Shown: positions 26,401 through 39,952, numbered from the stretch's first letter. The stretch is DNA of 64,000 nt from Mytilus trossulus (GCF_036588685.1 NC_086386.1:21452001-21516000); one strand, 5' to 3'. Made by a program: numbers and translations. Notes: generated by a model from the letters alone, not told the origin.

Positions 26401-29400
26401 ACGGTAACCGTTGTAATTAAATAGCAGGAACAATACACAACATTTAGTATTGTTCAAAAAAATTTGCAGACAGTTTCAGTTTATTACAAAGCATTAAATT
26501 TCATTTACATAACATCAGTTTGGTTTTAAAAATAACATACCATATTCTGTCAACGTAATGAGTAAACTGTCAGCATGTGATGTTCTACTTGATGGAACTT
26601 GATTAGCTGCACATCCGCCAGGATTTGTACTAATGGAACGAGAACTACCAGACTGTAATACCGCCTGAAAAAATAGCTTTCTATAAAAAAGAATCTGCAT
26701 TTACAGTTTGTAATAGTTATGAAAGGTACCAGGACTGTAATTTAAGGATGTATTCTCCTGTTCAGTCTCGTTGTAATCTTGTTCTTAAATTATTTCCAAA
26801 ACATGTGATACAAGTGGACAACATGAGTGAATTTTAACAAATATTATAATCAAACATAACTCTGTGAAAAAATTGTGTATTTACAATGAATGAATTTCGA
26901 GTAATCCAGTTTTCAAATTTTACAACCAATCAATAGATATAGGAAGATGTAGTGTGTGCCAATGAGACAACTCTCAATGCAAATAAGAATTTAAAAAAGT
27001 AAACCATAATATACAAGTCTGTATTTTTAGCCAAAATTTTGAGAAAATGGGTGATCGATACAAAAAAATGATTTTAAAAGAATCATATACATCCAATATC
27101 ATTTTGGTCTTTTCAAATTTCTTAGATATGTATTTTTTTCAATCATTTATACCAAAAAAGTTGAAATACTATGCATTTTGTTCTTAAAACTGCGAAAAAT
27201 CACAAAAATTACAAATTTGACAGCATTGTAAATTGTACACAAAAAGCGTCAAAATATGATTAAACTTTCTTATATTAACGCCTACCTATAGTTTTTTTCA
27301 AGTAAAATTTATTCAGATTGGCCTACTTCATCTTTATAGAAAGTATGAAAAAAAGTTTAGTTGTGGAACTGTGATTTTTTTCACGATAATAACCCAAAAA
27401 TAAGTAAAAATCGATAAAAAATGTGAAATCATCAAAATTGTGCATTTTCAAAGAGCCGTAGCAAAAAAATAAAGTGTAACACCAAAGGATTTTTTCTTTA
27501 CCAATTGTTTTGTTACAGTCTTATAAACCCAAAAAATCAGGTTAAGGAAAAAAAGTTTAATTCTAGAAATGTTTGGCTCCTCGAAGGTGTTCACCCTTAA
27601 TACACCAGACGCTCGTTTCGTCTACATGAGACTCATCAGTGATGGTCAGATCAAAATAGTCATAAAGCCAAACAAGTACAAGGTAAAACTAACAGGTTCT
27701 GAATATAATATATATATCGCAGAAATAATGAAATATGCTTTGTAAGCTATACAACAAATTATCTATACAAAATATAAACATAAACAAACTAAAAATAAAT
27801 GCCATTATCACAAATGTGTGAACTGCTCAACAAATCTGACTACCAATTTTCATTTTCGTTAATCAAAATCTAGTAAATACAAGCTTTTGAACATGTAGCT
27901 TAGCGTTTGTTTTTTTTTTTTTTTTTGTAAATTCGGTATTATTTTGAAAAAATATAAAACTAAGTAGCAAAATCAAAAACCCAGAGCATTTTGTTGTCTA
28001 TTATGTCGAAGAATATACGTGAAGAAGGTCGATGCTAAAAAAATATAAATGTCAATCAAATATTCGTCTTAATATGCTTTCATAAATATCAACGAAGACT
28101 GCTTGACATCCTGCTTTAGTCGTTGTGAAGCTTTAGTGAATTGTAAAATTTTGCTTCATATTTAACACTGTGGCTGTAAGATAACTAAAAGCAGTCAAAG
28201 TGCAGTTCAATTGCCTTTTCTTATCATCTGAAACCAGCAAAATGATTCTTAAAAATGTATTATGGTTAATTGTACTTACAATACATGTGAAAATTGGAGC
28301 TGTTCCATCAGAATTTATCAGAATGGTGTAGTATGTTGATCCAGTAGCAGTCACATTTGCCACATTATAGAACAATCCGATGGCTAGAAAAACAGATTGC
28401 AAAATAGGTTATACATAAACTGATCCAAACTAAATGGGATTTGAAATCACGTAAAAGACCTATCGGTGCACTACGTTTGATATCGACTCTTTGCACGGAA
28501 TGTTGTCTCTTTGATATAGTCCTCTTTTCCGTTCTTTTTTTCGAGTGCATACATTTATATTAAAAGTTCTCAGTGAATGCAGAACTCAAATAAAGGTAAC
28601 TGTTTTGAATTTGAATATGGGAAGCTACTCGACATTTGTTAACACTAAATTAGATTAAATATGCATTAAAGAAATAAAAAAAACAGTTTGATACACGAAT
28701 AAATGTGTTTGTTCGAATTCAATTTGTTATAATATAGTTTTTCAAGTAAGGAGATATTTTTCAAAATAACTTGCAGATCAGAATTTGGTGCTTTCGTTGT
28801 TTGTTGTTGGTCAGATGTTTTGCAGATTTATTACTGACTTTGTACCGATTGTTCATGTATATTGCACTTGTTCGGACTTTTTTGGTTTGTTAATAAATTA
28901 CAGATCCAGTTTCATTTGACTGACTTTTTGAGGAATTACAATTAAATGTTCATGTTCGGTCCTTTGACCTATTATGAAGTATAATATAAGGAGAACTATG
29001 TGTGTCCAGCCTATAAATATTATATATATTCGTGTCGAGTCGGTAAATATATGTTTTTCTAAATTGTCAATAGCTACCATTGCAGAATGAAATGTTAGAC
29101 ATGTTAGATGAGCAAGTATGATTTAATATTTAATTTATATCAACAGAAAACATGATTTCGCGCATCTTAGCAGCATAGGGGTAAACACGGCCATTCTCTG
29201 TATACATCTCAGCGGTCGTCAAATTAATCTAATGAAACTTCCTGTGCCTCTGTTAGCTTTGAGAATATATTATTACCTTTTTTTTTATTATCCAAGCAAA
29301 CAAGTCTATATAACCAGTGAAATGATAAAAATTAAATTAAAAAAAAACACAGAAAAGCTTTACTTACTATTTTTTGTAAAATTATGAAACAGCAATAACC

Positions 29401-32400
29401 AATACAATTTTTAAACGTGAAAATCAAATTTTGAATTCAACAAGAAAAGAACTCACTGGAACCCATAACCGTTGTTGCACAAGTTGTGTAGTTTAAAACA
29501 GCAGTGGTTCTGTCTATATCTCCATTCACATAGCATCCGTCCCAGACAGATCCTGTTCCACATGATGTACTGGAACCGTCATTAACAGTGTAGGAAAACA
29601 CTCCAAGAAGAGGATCAGGAAAGTACTGCTCGAGGTGAACAGATTGTTGCATATCTTTAAAAAATGTTAGTTATTGTCAATTATTGTTCTTTTTCAAATA
29701 ATACATGTAGATGACGAAAATGAGGATGGCTGTTGACAATGGCTGGTAAATTTACTGCATATTTTCGATAAGAAAATTCAGATTAACCTTTTGTTTATTT
29801 TATTTTTTGTTTCTAAGATTTTCCTAATCATATCATAATAGTATTTCTTGTGTTACAAGATATTCCATGTTATACGTGACGGTGTGATTAAGGGTATGCA
29901 TGCTTCTGCCGCCAATTAATCTCAGAAATTGCTAGTTCTTATTCGATATTCTTTACATATGAATCTGTTTTGTTCACACTAAACCTATAGTTAAATTCAA
30001 AGGATTGTCAAATGATTTAAAAGTATGTAAATCATTTAATACGAATGCACCATACATTATAATTTATTTGAATTTAAGCAAAACACGATGATTTTCAGAT
30101 AATATAACGAATTACTAACTTCATCATTTTTACTCACTTTCCTTTACTAAAACATTATATTCTCCTGTGGCTGGACCATTCGTATGATTACAATACTGTG
30201 CAGTACTAGTGTAACTTGGATCTTGTAACCGATCTAATAGGAAAACTCTCTGACCGGTAAAATCTTCCACATCTGGGAATAGAAAATAGTCTAATCAAGA
30301 CGATGTACAATAACGAGCATAACACACTTTATTCAACCGATTTCATGAAATCATATAATGTTGTGTGTAAATACTATGATGTGTATTTTTGGATAACACA
30401 GGTGTCAGTACCGCGCTGGCGCTTGCGCCCGTTGTAAAGGGGTAGATTCACAATTAAATATATATATATATTGAATAATCATATAAAACATATTACCCTT
30501 TCAAAAGGGCCTTTGTAAACCTCATCGTTTTTTTATAGTTTATTTATGATCGCCGACACAAAATAGGACTTTGCTAATTTATTGTTGAAGATATTTATGC
30601 AGAAACTGCTGCAATTTTGTTAAATACGTTGTGTTGTCGTCGTGCAGAAACAAATGCATACATTGTAGATACTTTCAGGCTACTGGCCTGTTTGAAGTGC
30701 ACAATATGTTTATGTAGTTGATTTTATGTAATATCAATGATATCAATGTGTTTTGCCATGATATGAATAGGAGGCAATATTTTTGATATGTATTAACCTT
30801 AATGAACAACAAACGAAAATGTAATGACAACTTACTAGACCGCACATAATATGAATAGCTGTTGGTTGTTAGGCTACTATATTCCAGACAATAGACGGCA
30901 TAATAATCCACTCCGAACAAATGATTGTGAGTATCACTTCTGTTAAATTAAGACATGTAATTAAAATTAATAATTTTAACCGACCAATATTCATTATAAT
31001 TTTTTAGATTATTTCTTATAAATTATGCATATTGATGATTTGTAAATGATTAAAAATGTTAAACATCAAATAAGTCAAGCACCTGAGATCACCCCCAGTT
31101 TTGGTGGGGTTCGTGTTGTTTATTCTTTAGTGTTCTATGTTGTGTCATGTGTACTGTTGTTTTTCTGTTTGTCTTTTTCATTTTTAGCTATGGCATTGTC
31201 AGTTTATTTTCGACTTATGAGTTTGACGGTCCCTTTGATATCTTTCGTCCCTCTTTTTCAATATACATACATCGAGATAGAGACCAAAGACACACTCAGA
31301 TAATTATGATTATTTCAACAGACACTAATATTCCTTCAACAGACACTAATAATACTTCAAAAGAACTTATAGGCCAACACCAACAAACCATTCTATAATA
31401 TTAAAACCATCAATAATTCTATGTGAATAAGCACATGGTATAATACTAACTTTTAGCACTTATTCGAAATCATTTTAAATCGTTTTTAACATTAAACTGG
31501 TGGTCAAGATCTTAATAAGGTGCTATTATAGTATTCTTTTATATGTCTTTATGAATATAAATTTTACTGATTAGTCTCAGTGTTATTTTGGTGGTATCCA
31601 TTAGATGTGGCTCTGTACTTATACATCCCGTTATTGTTATACGATATTGTTTGTATTATTGTCTCTCAATTTTGTTAAATTATGCTTTTTCTGTATGCCT
31701 TTATGTGTTTCTTGGTTTCTTATGAAGCCACGGTGGCTCTGTACTTAAATATCCCGTCATTGTGTAATGTTCATACGATGATATATGTTGTTTGAATGTG
31801 TGTCTTTTTGTGTAGACAAGACTAACAAATGTAAACACAAGACTAGAGCAAATAGTCTGACCACCCCAAGGATCTCTCTATATATATATATCTTACATAT
31901 GTCGTATCTCGAAAATCAAAGAGCAAACGCATATCACGTATCAACTGATATACGTTTACTACTTACAAATCACCACCCCCTATGGATCCATTGAGGGTTA
32001 GTAAACTTGAAGGGATTAGAATAAACACAAACAATGAAATGCAATAAGATTTAAAAATATTGAAATAGAAGACGTGACGTCATGATACCCGTATCAAATA
32101 GACTGACAGGCCTAACAGGATCAATAGGGAGTCGGCATTTTAACTCTGAAGGAAAGTTGTCTCATAGACAATAATTCTCACCGTTCTATTTTTTTTCTGT
32201 GCTACAGCTAATTGAACATGTGTAGTGTAAAATATAGTAAAATATAGTAATTCAGTTTCCTGTGTATTTTCTATCTCAAAAAAGTGGACGATACGTTGTC
32301 GAAATCTTGAGTTAATATACGTGCATTTTTTATTTGTTAATCAATTGTTTTTAACAGTTACAGCGGGTAAGCGGGAGTAGACCATAGATATTCACAAAGA

Positions 32401-33773
32401 ATTCTTTTCGAATGTTTGTGAGAATTAAAGAAAATTTTACCATTTTTTTTAATTCTTAAATACAAGAGTTTAATTCACGCCATTGAACTAAAAGATCATA
32501 CCGAAATACTAGATAAGAGGAATCACTTTCAACACAGGTAAAAGTGTTCCATATAGCAGCATTGATTGTGAGTTGCCAGCCACTTGAAACTGCCAATGAA
32601 TTAAAAGTAACAACTCCATTGGTTCGACTGTCCCACCAATTTCCTGTCAGTTGTGACGGAAGAGTACAAGCACATTCTGGAAAAGAATGAATAAATTGAA
32701 AAATATCTATTGTCTCTTTCTCTTTATTTTTGTTTACTGAAATACACGTGTTTCCTGATAAATTCTTGTGAACCAACTTTAGACTTTTTTAATTAAATCA
32801 TTCGATTTGCCCTATTCATGAGTCGTATACGACATCTTACTGTACAGCTGCCGATATCAGATTGTGAGAATATACGATTTCTTGAAACTTTTGAACTTGC
32901 TTTCAAAGACGTTGAGACTATTTTGCAGTAAAAAAACAAGGACACGTTGGTTATGAGACAGTATTAACTGAATGACAAAAATAACCAAAACTTATTAAGC
33001 AGCTCAATACAGAATTTATTTCCACACACACGGTTAGAAAATTGTTTAAAAGATACTAGCTTTTTGTGCAATATATTTATTGTTGAAAGGACAAGGCAAG
33101 AAAGGGCCTGTGTTTGGCCCCCCTATTTTCTAATTTTTCAAATTCTGTTTTGGAAAGCTACTAATCTTATAGATTTGAAGTTTGTTTGGATGAATTTTAA
33201 AACCATTATTTTCAGAAAAAAGGGTGAGGTGAGTGGGTAAAAGGGCATAAAAAAACGGCAAAATAAGGGAAAAACTTACGATTTTCTGGTCATTATTTCT
33301 TAACATTCGATAGGGTGCGCCTACGTGACCAAAGGAATGTTACGTCGATTTAGACAGCAAAAACAGTGCTAATGACATTGGTGGGGCACTTAAAAACTAA
33401 AAATTCGTGGTACAAACACCTTCATTATGAATGATCATTACAATATTTGAATAATAACAGAAAGTTTACCCCCGTCACCAAAATTATTGGTTTTCAAGTT
33501 CATCCAAACAAACTTCAAGCATCAGGGAATATTTTAACATAATGAATCACTGTAGCTTTCCAAAACAAAATTTGAAAAATGAGAAAATAGGGGGCCAAAA
33601 AGGGCCTTATCGTACCTTGTCCTTTCTAAAATTAGCAGGTATATACGGTGAGTATTATTGCAAGACTAAGTACACTATCATTACAGTTAGATAGTTCAAT
33701 ATAGTGACTTACCAAATTCAGTAAGAAATGTAGAGAAGGAATAAATTACAATAAATGATATTCCTCTATACAT
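23165..33773 (-). CDS. Gene A: uncharacterised type I single-pass membrane protein with Cys-rich (DUF7044/DUF7042-like) ectodomain, 11 coding exons, ~524 aa
   Basis: Exons 33773-33713, 32676-32502, 30939-30836, 30272-30138, 29654-29457, 28383-28280, 26664-26541, 25860-25852, 24738-24445, 23724-23632, 23442-23165. All introns are GT-AG with compatible phases (1,2,1,1,1,0,1,1,1,1); 1575 nt open to TGA. Exon-by-exon homology to gene B. The domain name is from recalled motif pattern only. Confidence 0.88.
23632..23724 (-). CDS. Gene A exon 10 (cytoplasmic, LNLKREPTMSDD...)
   Basis: Strong acceptor tctcttcatttcag; weak A|GTAATA donor in the required phase. Confidence 0.65.
24445..24738 (-). CDS. 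Gene A exon 9 (Ser/Thr stalk, TM helix, basic stop-transfer)
   Basis: ttttcacag / GTAAGG; TM AAVVGAVLSILLLIAIIIIAFLIY followed by QKYFKGKK. Confidence 0.93.
25025..25156. mobile_element. Small MITE with hAT-like ends (cataggcggattcag...ctggatccgcatctg)
   Basis: Imperfect 15-bp TIRs; atgtc directly repeated on both sides. Confidence 0.65.
25515..25787 (+). repeat. Interspersed repeat, cctgtaccaagtcaggaa family
   Basis: Matches 14755-15037. Confidence 0.75.
25852..25860 (-). CDS. Gene A exon 8, 9-nt microexon (E-T-C)
   Basis: tttatttcag|AAACATGTC|gtaagt; counterpart at 44443-44451. Confidence 0.85.
26541..26664 (-). CDS. Gene A exon 7 (AVLQSGSS...GGC...LTEY)
   Basis: ttttcag / GTATGT; phase 0-1. 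Confidence 0.9.
26746..27596. mobile_element. Non-autonomous DNA transposon with TTAA target duplication (Kolobok-like GG...CC ends), inserted in another repeat
   Basis: TTAA at 26742-26745 and 27597-27600. Joining the flanks restores the actcatcagtga-family repeat seen uninterrupted at 55313-55390. Confidence 0.72.
28280..28383 (-). CDS. Gene A exon 6 (IGLFYNVANV...FTCI)
   Basis: ttttctag / GTAAGT; 104 nt as in the paralog. Confidence 0.9.
29457..29654 (-). CDS. Gene A exon 5 (FPDPLLGVFSYT...WDGC...NYTTC...GS)
   Basis: aaag / GTGAGT; homologous to 47803-47982. Confidence 0.92.
30138..30272 (-). CDS. Gene A exon 4 (VEDFTGQRVF...CNHTNGPATGEYNVLVKE)
   Basis: ttcccag / GTGAGT; paralog ends in FHVLVKE. 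Confidence 0.92.
30836..30939 (-). CDS. Gene A exon 3 (SDTHNHLFGVDYYAVYCLEY...YYVRS)
   Basis: aacag / GTAAGT; 104 nt, same length as the paralog exon. Confidence 0.92.
31078..31258 (+). repeat. SINE-like interspersed repeat (agcacctgagatcaccc family)
   Basis: Reverse copy at ~57130-57340; partial copies at ~44940-45070 and ~49455-49585. Confidence 0.7.
32502..32676 (-). CDS. Gene A exon 2 (ECACTLPSQLTGNWWDS...CVESDSSYLVF)
   Basis: ttttccag acceptor, GTATGA donor; homologous to 54810-54987. Confidence 0.92.
33085..33626. mobile_element. MITE with ~130-bp terminal inverted repeats in gene A intron 1
   Basis: gaaaggacaagg...ttttggaaagctac...gtttgtttggatgaa versus ttcatccaaacaaac...gtagctttccaaaa...ccttgtcctttc. 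Confidence 0.85.
33713..33773 (-). CDS. Gene A exon 1 (signal peptide MYRGISFIVIYSFSTFLTEF)
   Basis: acaatATG start, hydrophobic peptide, G|GTAAGT donor in phase 1. Confidence 0.78.
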
Positions 33774-34404
33774 ATTGTATATGCCAGCTTAAATCACTCT
33801 CGAATTATAATCTTCATTTTTTTTTTTTATTAAATATTATGATTATGACTATATCCCTGCGTTACACGAAATGAAAATCACCAGTCCGTATTATTGCTTT
33901 AAGACAATGGAAAATGAACTTAATTGTTTTAAATTCAATGGGACGAGATTCTTTTGTTTATAAGTTTGGTCGTAAATGGGTGAAGAATATAAATTATGAG
34001 GTCATCTTTAATCTTATATTTCAAGATTTAGACGGGATTTTCTTTTAAGTTTAGCAAAAGTGCTAACAAGTTTAAAGTTCAAAGCACGCCCTGAATGATT
34101 AGGTTTTCACTTTTTCGTTTTCATTGAATCAGATCCCTTTCGATTGATTTTTCTAACCCAAATTTTTACATGTCAACAAATTGAAAATTTTAATCTTAAA
34201 TGTTATACACAGATTAAGATGATAACCATCCTGATATAATGGAAGTGCATTGTATCAAATTTCACATATGTTCATACCTACCATTTCCTTCCAGTAATAA
34301 GTAAAGTTGAATCACTCCATAAGTTATCTTTCTGAGAATTTCAAACGTGCGCTTTGTTTTTCGTTGAACTGACATTTTTTAATAATTGAATTTTCATTTC
34401 CGAA

Positions 34405-34816
34405 CTGCGAGTACTGTCAGATCTGTACTTAGTGTCTTTTTGTTGTTGGGATGTACAAGTACCCGGCCACGTCCACATGTATTTGTATTTTTATCCATCT
34501 GGTATGTTTAGACTTTTTCAACTGATTTGTATAGTTAGTTCTATATTGTACTGTTGCATTACTGTTCCAGATTAGGGACAGTTGGGATCCCGCTAATATG
34601 TTTAACCCCGCAACATTCTCTATATGTGTGTCTGTCCCTAGTCAGGAGCATGTGATTCAGTGGTTGTCGTTTGTTTTTGTGTTTTATATTTGTTTTTCGT
34701 TCATTAATTTTGTACTTAAATTAAGCCGTTATAGTTTTCTCGTTTTAATTGTTGTACATTGTAAATTCGGGGCCATTTATGGCTGACTATGTGGTATGGG
34801 CTTTGCTCGTTGTTGA
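34405..34816 (+). repeat. Interspersed repeat (gggatcccgctaa..tgtccctagtcaggag family)
   Basis: Similar to 13185-13380 and 37405-37445. Confidence 0.7.
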
Positions 34817-36255
34817 ACAACACGTGCATTTTCTAAATGTTTGAAGTCTGCGTAACCTAATTGAAAACTTGTCTTTAGTTGAACACTTAATTTCGTGGTT
34901 CATCTATACTCCTAAAATCCACGGAAATTGATATCCAACGAATAATATTAAAATGAATCCAAAGTAACCAAAATAACTGCGACCAAAAAATTATTTTGCG
35001 TGAAAGCGGTAAACGAAGTAAGGTTGGACAAGTCAAATTACTAGCTCTATAATTTTAATGATAAGCGGGATACGATATTCTAACAAAACAATTAATAAAC
35101 TTGATCCTGAATCAGATCTCCACTCAAGTCAGACTCCAAACTAAGCCATGCTTGGTTTTCTTTTAATGCTATTGAGAAACGTATATTTTGTTAGCAAATA
35201 AACGCAGACCCGTCCTGACGGAACAAAGAAACTTAGATTTGAACTGCATAAAAAGCTTTTGAGCTATTTAATTAAGTGTTTCGGTTATTGTGCATGTACA
35301 TGATCGGCTTTCAAAAATACGCATTTAGCGTTTCTGATGAAGATAAAGTCAGAAAAGCGCTTCGTAAGCATGACATTTATATATCATGTTGTTTTCAAGA
35401 ATTAAGTCTAGTAGTGGTCTATCATTCGCCGAAGGTATCAACATCTCAGTTGTCAGTTTTTTTGTTCATAAGTTATAACAAATCTTTTGAACTGTTCGTT
35501 TATGAATGAGTAAATTATAAAGGAATAAGATTTGAACTCCCCCAAACAAAAATAATCTTAAACTGATTTAACTAACATAACATGTATTACGTGTTGTGTA
35601 CAGTTTTTACAGTTATGGGTCGGTACCTCTGCTAGTGAACTATCTGTCTCCTTGGGTATCAACAGCTCAATAATTGGTACTACGGTACTTGCATGATTTC
35701 TGATAATGTTTTAATATTTTTTTTATAAATTGTAAAGAAACTACCCCCTCCCCCTTGTTCTTCGATCAAAAGTAAAATACTCACCATATTTATCTCGAAA
35801 TGATTAAAATAATACTCCACAGCGAAGTAGAACAAAATATTTCTTCAATTTGTATACTAAATATATGCAAACTGTCAACTTTCTTTATGAGGAATGGAAG
35901 TGAAAAATAGCACTATATTGTGTTTATTTGGTACACACGGAGATGAAGGCCATAGAAAAACGCATATAAATACATAAGCATACAAAAGAACGAAAAATCA
36001 AAACAAAAACATTGTCGTGACTGAATCTTATAACGTAAAAAAAACTAATATAGACGTACAGAAAATAGACAATTACCTGTCTCGCTCTTTCTCTGCCCTT
36101 ATTTGCGTCCTTCAATTTTTGGAATAATTGTGTAATTATATCAATTATTTGTCTTTAAAACATCGTGGTTTGATAATTAACAGAATAAATATATTTCACA
36201 ATTTTGGATTGTTCAATTTTAGAGGCTTTGTCGAATTTGCCACCAAACGTCCATT

Positions 36256-36940
36256 CATTGCCTATGAAAAATTTTTAAAATTGTTTGTATGCACATTGAA
36301 CATCAAATTTATGTGACGTATATAATTTTTCTAACGTCAGACACTCAAATCAATCCATGTGTTCTTAGACAGTAGATGTTATTGTGTCCTGTTAAATTGT
36401 TCCCTTTAAAAAGTTTTGGATTCTCATATATTCTATGTATAATTTTTGGACTAGTTTAAATCTCGGTCTATTTCTGTAATTTATTCTTACATACTTTTGA
36501 TTTTTTAACCTGTATGCGTACGTTGCCTATGTAAATTTTAAAATATTGTTTGTATGCACATTGAACGACAAATTTATGTGACGTATATAATTTTTCTGAC
36601 GTCGGACACTCAAGTAGATCCATGTGTTCGTGGATAGGTTTTTGTGTCCTGTTAAATTGTTCCTTTTAAAAGTTTTGGATTCTCATAAATTCGATGTATA
36701 ACTTTTGGACTAGTTTGATTTCTGTAATTTATTCTTACATACTTTTGATTTTTTTAACCCTGTCTGCGCTCATTGCCTATGTAAAATTTAAAATTGTTTA
36801 TAATCCAGGTACTTTGGATAACTATTGTATGCACATTGAACGACAAATTTATGTGACGTATATAATTTTTCTGACGTCAGACACTCAAATCAATCCATGT
36901 GTTCGTAGATAGTAGATGTTGTTGTGTCCTGTTAAATTGT
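36256..36940. repeat. Tandem repeat, ~250-265-bp unit, ~2.7 copies
   Basis: Units start at 36256, 36521 and 36771 (ttgcctatg...gtatgcacattgaac...gtgtcctgttaaattgtt). Confidence 0.9.
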
Positions 36941-36944
36941 TATA

Positions 36945-37245
36945 CGATGATGACGACTGATGTTCCCATATTTTGACTATTTTATTGATTGTGACTGTTT
37001 ATTTAACGCATCATGTAAATGTAACGGAATTTGATGAGACTGTTATTAAAGTGAGAGGGTTAGCGCTATAGAACCAGGTTTAATCCACCATTTTCTACAT
37101 TTTAAAATGCCTGTACCAAGTCAGGAATATCACAGTTCTTGTCCATTCGTTTTTGATGCGTTTTGTTTTTTGATTTTGCCATGTGATTATGGACTTTCCA
37201 AATTGATTTTCCTCTGAGTTCAGTATTTTTGTGATTTTACTTTTC
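36945..37245 (+). repeat. Interspersed repeat, cctgtaccaagtcaggaa family
   Basis: Matches 18700-18995 and 49285-49444. Confidence 0.75.
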
Positions 37246-39952
37246 AGTATGCTGTCATCATCATTTCATAGAAATTAGTCAAACTATAAGTGTAATTATT
37301 AAAACCAAAGCGACAACCATTAAAAGAACAATCCGAACAAAAACCCTGAACACTTGAATAGCAAAATAGCCGTGTTTAAAAAACAGTACACAAATAACAA
37401 AACAAACCCCGCCGCATGTTTGCGCCTGTCCCAAGTCAGGAGCATATGACCTTTGTTAGTCTTGTATTATTTTTAATTTTAGTTTCTTGTGTACAATTTG
37501 GAGTTTAGTGTGGCGTTCATTATCACTGAACTAGTATATACATTGTATATTGGTATGGGTCCTTCTAAGGGAAGCTGCATTGAAGACCTGTTTGTGACCT
37601 TCTGCTGTTGTCTTCTCTATGGTCGGATTGTTGTCTCTTTGACACATTCCCCATTTCCATTCTCAATTTTATTGAAGTATTTGTTCGATACCATTTACCA
37701 TCCAGTTTGTAATACATTAGTATTGATTGTTAATGTTAATATTCATACTGTGGTACACTTAAATTCTTAAAGACTTCTGGTTAGTTTAAAATCTTGATTC
37801 ATAATGATTGGTGACCTTTTGATGTTCTCTGTCCATTGATCGGGATATCTTCTCTATAGAATTTAATTAATTCCTCCTTACCATTCTCAATTATATGACA
37901 AAGTCTTTTGTAAAGGTCACTACACTGAATATGAAATAACTCGATTTGTTTTCCTTTTTTATGTAAAAAATCAGTATGAAATAAATACAAGAATATCACA
38001 GATCAATATGTGTATAAATAAATCAATATACAAATGTCAAAAATCATGTTTTCAGCATCATTGTTTTTTCATCAATAAAAACATCAAGGTGGTACAGATA
38101 AACAAGGTCAAACATATTTGAACTTGTAACGTAATATTTTGAGTTGTCAGATGACTTTTTGTAAAAAATTATGCCATTTTATTTCTTCAAGATTCATAGA
38201 CAAGTTTATATATTTAATTAATTCTTAAATGCACATAATGGCGAAAGACATGGATAGAGTTAAAACTAGTCGATTGTAAGTTTTGCGTGATAAAGGGTTT
38301 AAAGGACAAAAATCATATGTGCATGAAAACAAATACATGATGCAATACAAGCCTAATGATGCAATTCAAAATCATTTTCTTCTTTTATAAAAAGAACTTT
38401 GATACAGGTCGTGTTGGTATTCAGTTTGCACAGTGACAATAAACTAGTAAACAAGTGTCATGTTATATATGTTAGTAAGAAGTATTGTCATAATCATGTT
38501 CCGGAACGTAGATTGTAAGAACATAGACAATAGACCAGAGGAAAAAAAAAGAGAAAGCAACATTTTTATACTCAAAAATGGCAAAATCAAATGACAAACC
38601 ACAAAAACAATGAATGGACAAGAATTGTCATATTCCTGACTTGGTACAGGCATTTATAAATGAGGAAAATGGTGGATTAAACCTGGTTTTAGTAATAAGT
38701 GTGTTGATACATGCATTATATTATATGATTCTGCAGACTAACCCATATATAATTAGCTTTTAAAGTACCTGCGTAATAATAACATGGACAACAGTCTACA
38801 CACATGTTTGCATAGGTTTTAAATGCATTTATGAATACCATTATGTAACAAAAGAATGTGGTCTAACTGTATGCTAGTTAAATGACTAGACTATGTTTAT
38901 GAAGAACGTAAAATAAATAAATGAGATGATTTTATTCAAATTGATGCAAATTCTGTGTTGCGTATACTTTTCTCCTTCACTTTATTGTGGAAATTACATC
39001 TGCACTTATGATCATTGAAAGAACTTTTTGAAGGTCGCATTATTTAAAAAATGCTGATGTTATCAAATACAAGCAGAAGGTGACTTCAAAACAAATCAGA
39101 ATTTATTAAACTTTGTAAATATAAAAATTATCAACTCAGATTAAAATATTTTTTGTTTTGTCTTATTGTGAATATTGTACATAAATGTCTACACTTGACC
39201 TTTGTTCAATAATGATATTAATTACACAGTTTGCTGGAGACCTACTACGATATTAATTTGGTTAGTCAATACAAGATGCGGTGCTAGAGAATTTCGAATG
39301 AAAACTTTTAATTTACTGACCCAATATATCGTATTAAATCAGAAGCACACTGTGAACTTAACTAATCTAATCGACTCTCTGAACATGTGGTATTTAGATT
39401 AGTGTTCTATCAAAGTGATTTTATTCTTCGGTACTTAAGAATCTACTTCCATTGGATATATACAAAAACAAATGACAACAATAACAACATCTTAGCCTTA
39501 GATGCGTTTTATGGGTTTTTTTTCTTGCTGTTCATGGTCCATTTTGTCGTCTGTTGAAATCTTTTGTTTCGCTGCTACTAACATTGTATTGCAATTTATC
39601 TTACCTCCCATACATTTCTAATAATGGCTGGTTAAGAGCAACCAAAGGAAACCGTGTATATTCCATTTTAGGTTAGTAAGTTTCCATATTAGGTAAGTAA
39701 TGGAGTTCTGTCCCTTTTTACAAACAACAAGACGGTTCGAGAAAACTCTTAAAGGTTTCAACAGAAGAATAAATGGATAATGAACGATTGAAATTCCATA
39801 CAACATTTTAAAGCTGCCAAGGTGTTATTGATGGTATTTGTTTTTAATAGACTTATGGAAGTTGGTTCATAATACTAATAGTATTGAAACTTGATCAATT
39901 TTATAGGCCACTACGGGTAGTCTATCACATGTTAAGATAGTCGGTAAGATAA

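Noticed and set aside
35785-35860. Strong minus-strand donor ATG|GTGAGT upstream of gene A
   Set aside because: Phase is incompatible with exon 2, and exon 1 has no good acceptor. It could be non-coding but is unsupported.
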